A stretch of DNA of 64,000 nt from Gemmatimonas sp. (GTDB taxonomy: Bacteria; Gemmatimonadota; Gemmatimonadetes; Gemmatimonadales; Gemmatimonadaceae), in NCBI GenBank assembly GCA_965279375.1, contig OZ257156.1, positions 1,696,001 through 1,760,000 on the forward strand. Direction: 5' to 3'. Below the pieces are notes generated by a model. The model saw only the letters and a list, made by a program, of their open reading frames with translations. It was not told the origin of the DNA and did not search any database. The stretch's first letter is position 1, and every line of letters starts with the position of its first letter. A program made the translations under genes and the position numbers. This document shows positions 59,409 to 64,000 of the stretch, piece by piece.

Positions 59409-59526
59409 CCAGAAGGGTCGAAAGCAGAAGAGGCGAGCGGACTCAACCGAATGTCCATGAGAAGCGGGCACTCGTCCAGCAGGAAGACGATTCCCACTCC
59501 GCTCCGTTTCGTCCCCGCTCGGTAGG

Positions 59527-60906
59527 TCAGCGCCCCGCCGCCTGGCTCGCCGCGACCTTGGCGTTCTCCGCCGGCGTGCGCCCCACCGCTCGCACGTTCA
59601 CGATCTTGTTCAGGATGTCGAACCAGAACGGCGCGCCCAGCGACAGTGCCAGCGCCGTCAGCAACAGCCCCACCGCGCCCTTGAGCACCTGCGGGACATA
59701 GAGCTCCGCGTACAGCTGCAGCTTGGGCGGAATCTCCACGCGTCGCTCGCCCGTACCGGCCGTTCGCGACGTGAACCAGTCCGCCGCCTCGATGATCGTG
59801 CGCACGTTGGGCGGCACATCGTAGCCGATCGGGATGCCGAGTCGCTGCACGTTGGCGATCGACTGGGCGAAGTCCGCGCGTTCGGCGGCTGCCGCCGCGC
59901 TGGTGTCCGCGGTGAGCTGCTGCCGCAACGGATCGGGCGCGCGCACCGTGGCTTCGGCTTGCGCGACCAGCGCTTCGCGCAACACACGGTTAGACGACAG
60001 CGCGCGCACGATGCGAATCGTGTCGGCATTGGTGAAGAGCGTGACCAGCACCGCGAACATAAGCACGGTGAGCTTCGTCTTGCGCTTGTATAGCCCCGAG
60101 ACGCGCTCCATGGTGCTGTCGAACCACGTCGCGATGTGCGTGCGGAACGCGTTCACGTCACCCTGCGCTTCGTTGAGTGCGAGCAGCAACGGCCGACGGA
60201 CATGCTCGGGGAACTGCGCGATGGCGCGTCGCACCTCCAGTAGCGGCGTCGCCGACCCCGAGCTGCTCGGCGCGACGGTGTCGACGAGCGCAAGGACGAA
60301 CGTCTGCGTGGGGATATACGACGGAATACGCACCTTGTCGTCCCACGGCAGCAGGCGCCACGGCAGCTGGCTCAGGCCGGCGATGAGCGGATGCTCGTAG
60401 AACGACGCGAGCGTGAGATCGGCGCGCGTATGCGCCACGCGCTGCCGCGCATCGTTTAGCTGCGCAGCGAGTCCGGGCCACACGCTGTTCAGCGCAGCCT
60501 CCGCGCTCGCGCGCGACAGCAGCGCCGTGTCACGACGCGTGCGCGCCGCCGTCGTTGCGGTCTCTGATCGCGTCTGCGCGCACAGCTCCTCGTGGGACAG
60601 CGTTGCGTCTTCGGCCTCGTGCACCGCCGCCAGCCACGCGGTCACTGCGGCGTCGGCGGACTCCCTCGCTCGCGATTCGAGTTGCGTGTACGCGGAATGC
60701 GCGGCCGCCTCGGCCTGTGCGAGTGCCGTGATCGCCTTGGCGTCGACCTTGTCGGTGACGTTTCGCAGCAACGCATCGATTCCTGCCTTGAGCGTCGTCG
60801 CGCGCGAGTTGAACCATTGCGACAGCAGTTCGTTGGCCGCCGTGCACACGAGGCTCAACATCAGGTACACGAACACCAGGCCGAGTGCGACGTCGAGCGT
60901 TTGCAT
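59527..60906 (-). CDS. Hypothetical membrane protein
   Basis: LDVALGLVFVYLMLSL, PSYIP..FV.AL, WFD..MERVSG.YKR and LSLGAPFWFDILNK; about three TM segments. Confidence 0.75.
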   Translation of the reverse strand: MQTLDVALGLVFVYLMLSLVCTAANELLSQWFNSRATTLKAGIDALLRNVTDKVDAKAITALAQAEAAAHSAYTQLESRARESADAAVTAWLAAVHEAEDATLSHEELCAQTRSETATTAARTRRDTALLSRASAEAALNSVWPGLAAQLNDARQRVAHTRADLTLASFYEHPLIAGLSQLPWRLLPWDDKVRIPSYIPTQTFVLALVDTVAPSSSGSATPLLEVRRAIAQFPEHVRRPLLLALNEAQGDVNAFRTHIATWFDSTMERVSGLYKRKTKLTVLMFAVLVTLFTNADTIRIVRALSSNRVLREALVAQAEATVRAPDPLRQQLTADTSAAAAAERADFAQSIANVQRLGIPIGYDVPPNVRTIIEAADWFTSRTAGTGERRVEIPPKLQLYAELYVPQVLKGAVGLLLTALALSLGAPFWFDILNKIVNVRAVGRTPAENAKVAASQAAGR

Positions 60907-60917
60907 GGCAGCGAGCG

Positions 60918-61832
60918 TTAGGGGATACGGTGGCCCTTCGCGGCCGTCCAGAGCGCGTACCAGTCTTCGCGGTCGAGGACGAGGTGTGTAGCGGCGACGG
61001 CCTGCTGCACGCGCGCGAACTTGTTGCTGCCCACGATCGGCATCGGCTGCGAGGGGTGCGCGAGAATCCACGCGTACGCCAGCTGATCGACGGTGGCATT
61101 GCCGTACTTCGGCGAAAGCTCGGCGCACCGCTGCTGCACGCGAACGGCGGCCTCGTCGTCGGTGCGCATCAGGCGCCCCTGCGCCAACGGCGACCAAGCC
61201 ATCGGCGGCAGACGCAGTCGCTGCGCCTGATCGAACGTGCCGTCGTAGATCGGGTCCATGTGCAGCAAGCTGAATTGCAGTTGGTTGGTGACCAGCGGCT
61301 GATCCATGCGCGCGTTGAGCAGCTCGAACTGCTGGACGTTGTAGTTGGACACGCCGGCGCTGCGGATCTTGCCGTCGCGCAGCAGCCGGTTGAGTCCTTC
61401 GGCGGTGTCGTCCGCGCTGGTGAGCCAGTCGGGGCGATGCACGAGCAACAGGTCGATGTAGTCGAGCCCCATCAGGCGCAGTGACGTTTCGGCGCTCTTG
61501 ATGAGCCGTGCGCCCGACATGTTGTAGGAGGCGACTTTGCGTTCGGGGTGCGAGGCGCTGGGGATGTCGATGCCAGCTTTCGTGACGATCTCGAGGCGAT
61601 GCCTGAGCCCCTTGTCGAGCGAGAGCGCTTCACCGATCGCCTGCTCCACGCGATACAAGCCATAGATCTCGGCGGTGTCGATGGTGGTCACACCGACATC
61701 GACGCACTGCTGCAATCGCTCGAGCAGCGGTGCGGGTGCGGATCCGTCCGCGTCGTCCAATAGTCGCCACGTACCGTATACGAGGCGGGAAAACTCGGGG
61801 CCCGTGGGGCCCATGCGCACCCGGGAAGTCAT
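60918..61832 (-). CDS. Aldo/keto reductase (YdhF-like)
   Basis: YGTWRL, DTAEIYG, VTKAGI, DLLLVHRPD, GVSNY, NQLQ and AWSPL motifs. Confidence 0.92.
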   Translation of the reverse strand: MTSRVRMGPTGPEFSRLVYGTWRLLDDADGSAPAPLLERLQQCVDVGVTTIDTAEIYGLYRVEQAIGEALSLDKGLRHRLEIVTKAGIDIPSASHPERKVASYNMSGARLIKSAETSLRLMGLDYIDLLLVHRPDWLTSADDTAEGLNRLLRDGKIRSAGVSNYNVQQFELLNARMDQPLVTNQLQFSLLHMDPIYDGTFDQAQRLRLPPMAWSPLAQGRLMRTDDEAAVRVQQRCAELSPKYGNATVDQLAYAWILAHPSQPMPIVGSNKFARVQQAVAATHLVLDREDWYALWTAAKGHRIP

Positions 61833-61984
61833 GCGCAAGAAACTACGCCCGATTCCGTGATACGGCTCGTCCCGGGATCGCGCGTGAAAGGGATGGTGCG
61901 CGCGGCAACCGTTCATTAATGGTTCACCTTGCTGCGGCGTCTGCCGCATTTCCTCTCGCGACGTCCTGCCTCCTCGTACCACCA

Positions 61985-62893
61985 ATGCGCCGACCTCTTG
62001 TCGCGAGCCTGCTGCTCGCCGCTTGCGCCGCCCCCCTTCGCGCTCAGACGCTCGACGACGCCGTCTTCATGGACCGTGGCGTCATCTGTGCCGGTCTCTT
62101 CTTTACGCACGACAGCTGGAAGGAGTACTGGGAAGGGCGACTCAAGCGCAGCAACGGCAATGTGGGCACCGTGACGACCCGCGATCTCGCCTACATGGGC
62201 GCGTACGGCCTGACCGATCGCATCACGCTGATGGCCTCGCTGCCGTACGTGCGCACCGCGGCCAGCCAGGGTCCGCTGCAGGGACAGAAAGGCGTTCAGG
62301 ATCTCACCGTGTCGGCCAAAGTGCGACTGCTTTCCACGCCATTCACTTCGGCGGGGACGATGAAAGTCATCGCCGTGGGCGGCTACGGAACGCCGGTGTC
62401 CGACTATTCGCCGGACTTTCTCCCGCTCTCCATCGGGATGGCCAGCAAGCGCGTGTTCGGACGCGCGACCGTGTCGTTCCAGAGCAAGCGTGGCTGGTAC
62501 CTCAACAGCTCCACCGGCTACACGTGGCGCTCCAACGTCACGCTCAATCGGCCCGCGTACTTCACCGAGGGGCGACTGACGCTCAGCGACGAAGTGCGCA
62601 TGCCCAATGTGGCCGACTACGTCATCGCCGCCGGCTATCAGCGCGCCGGCTTCCTGATCACGCTCCCGTACACGACGCAGCGCACCCTGGGCGGCGGAGA
62701 CATCCGCCGACAGGATATGCCGTTCGTTTCCAATCGCATGAACTTCTCCAAGCTCGAAGCCCGCGCGCAGTACACGCTCCCCAAACTCAAGGTGGCCAGC
62801 GTGTGGCTCGGCGCATCACGCGTGCTCGACGGACGAAACGTCGGACAGTCAACCGGCTACATGGCCGGACTCGTGCTCGCGGGGCGCCCGTAA
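61985..62893 (+). CDS. Outer-membrane beta-barrel / transporter-like protein
   Basis: Signal peptide ending LRA-Q; amphipathic strands YGLTDRITLMASLPYV, QDLTVSAK; GRNVGQS near the C-terminus. Confidence 0.65.
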   Translation: MRRPLVASLLLAACAAPLRAQTLDDAVFMDRGVICAGLFFTHDSWKEYWEGRLKRSNGNVGTVTTRDLAYMGAYGLTDRITLMASLPYVRTAASQGPLQGQKGVQDLTVSAKVRLLSTPFTSAGTMKVIAVGGYGTPVSDYSPDFLPLSIGMASKRVFGRATVSFQSKRGWYLNSSTGYTWRSNVTLNRPAYFTEGRLTLSDEVRMPNVADYVIAAGYQRAGFLITLPYTTQRTLGGGDIRRQDMPFVSNRMNFSKLEARAQYTLPKLKVASVWLGASRVLDGRNVGQSTGYMAGLVLAGRP

Positions 62894-62895
62894 CC

Positions 62896-64000
62896 ATGCG
62901 CACTCTCCGACTCTCTTCGCGCGGTTGGCTCGCGGCGGCCGGTGTGGCGCTCGTTGCGGCCACGCCGGTGGCGTGCAACAAGGACATCACCGCCACCGAA
63001 CAGCTACAGCCGTTGACGCCGGCCAGTGCGGACGCATCCGCGGGCAGCTGGCGTATGATTGTGCTGAGCGCGCCCACGCAGATCGCCGTCGCCGCGCCCT
63101 CCGCGGTCACGAGTGATGCGTACAAGGCGGAACTCACCGCGATCAAGGCATCGCAGGCGTCGCTGACGGCGGCCCAGCGCGCAAACATCGAATACTGGGC
63201 CGGCGGTGGCGTGTTGCGCTGGAATCAGATCCTGCGCGGACTCGTCGCACGCTACAACCTGCCGCCCGCGCCGCGCGCTGATGGATCCTATCCCATCCCC
63301 GACGCCAACAACCCGTTCGCCGATCCCAACTTTCCATTCGCGAACCCGCCGTATGCGGCGCGCGCCTACAGCTACGTGAGCGTGGCGCAGTTCGAAGCGC
63401 TCAAGAGCGCGTGGTACTACAAGTATCAGTTCAACCGGCCGTCGCCGTCGCGCACCGATGCGGCGGTACAAGCGCTCGCGCCGGTCACCGATTTGCCGTC
63501 GTACCCGTCGGAAGACGCCGTGCTGTCCGGCGTCACGGCGGAAATGCTCAAGCTGCTCTTTCCGGCCGCCATCGAAGAGATCACGCGTCGTGCCGCCGAT
63601 CAGCGCGAAGCCGCACTCCTCTCCGGCAAGGCGACAGCCAGTGACATCGCTGCCGGCCTCGCGCTCGGCAACGCCGTCTCGGCGGTCGTCATCACGCGCG
63701 CACGCGCCGACGGCACCGGCAACGCGGTGGGTAACGCCGCGCTCTGGAAGGCGCTGGCTGACAGCGCCACCGCACGCGGCGAGACGCCGTGGGTGAGTCA
63801 GGAGTCGCCGGCGCGCCCGCCGATGCTCCCGAATTTCGGATTCGTGCAAGCGTGGTCCATGAGCGCCGCCGATATAGCGGCCACACGCCCACCCGCGCCG
63901 CCTTCCACAAAGTCGGCGCAGATGGCGACGGAAGTCGCCGAAGTGAAATCCACGGTTAGGAACCTCACCTCCGCGCAGCGCGCGATCGCAGAGAAGTGGA
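62896..64000 (+). CDS. PAP2 / vanadium-haloperoxidase-like lipoprotein (3'-truncated by window; absent from the ORF track)
   Basis: Open frame from ATG 62896 to the window end; lipobox PVAC; AWYYKYQFNRPSP, LPSYPSEDA and SDIAAGLALG motifs. Confidence 0.8.
   Translation, partial: MRTLRLSSRGWLAAAGVALVAATPVACNKDITATEQLQPLTPASADASAGSWRMIVLSAPTQIAVAAPSAVTSDAYKAELTAIKASQASLTAAQRANIEYWAGGGVLRWNQILRGLVARYNLPPAPRADGSYPIPDANNPFADPNFPFANPPYAARAYSYVSVAQFEALKSAWYYKYQFNRPSPSRTDAAVQALAPVTDLPSYPSEDAVLSGVTAEMLKLLFPAAIEEITRRAADQREAALLSGKATASDIAAGLALGNAVSAVVITRARADGTGNAVGNAALWKALADSATARGETPWVSQESPARPPMLPNFGFVQAWSMSAADIAATRPPAPPSTKSAQMATEVAEVKSTVRNLTSAQRAIAEKW

Overview
GC-rich, gene-dense bacterial chromosomal window. 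The gene repertoire (PEP-CTERM protein, SusC/SusD pair, ECF sigma with Ser/Thr kinase, PadR with permease-prefix protein, carboxypeptidase-regulatory/plug proteins) suggests a diderm such as Gemmatimonadota; this is inference only. About 50 CDS can be supported: housekeeping and stress enzymes (glnA 3' end, Mn-SOD, mog, cystathionine lyase, amidase, dipeptidase, GGT), many exported or outer-membrane proteins (three TonB-dependent receptors, a DUF5916-type barrel, lipoproteins) and three signalling modules. Two genes look broken (an epimerase with an internal deletion; a DUF1801 gene with a 1-nt frameshift). I saw no rRNA, tRNA, transposase, integrase or CRISPR array. The best leads are: (1) a coupled trio of exported His-rich beta-propeller proteins (two Ig+LVIVD paralogues and a His/Met-rich YncE-like protein) ahead of a TonB receptor, possibly an uncharacterised metalloenzyme system; (2) a near-identical 16-bp palindrome on both flanks of a three-gene kinase/regulator cluster, defining a candidate local regulon; (3) a ~290-bp intergenic inverted-repeat element with heptamer-periodic arms; (4) an ECF sigma/kinase pair upstream of a PEP-CTERM gene; (5) PadR paired with a permease-prefix/Ig protein. 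All family calls come from motif recognition by eye, not database searches.
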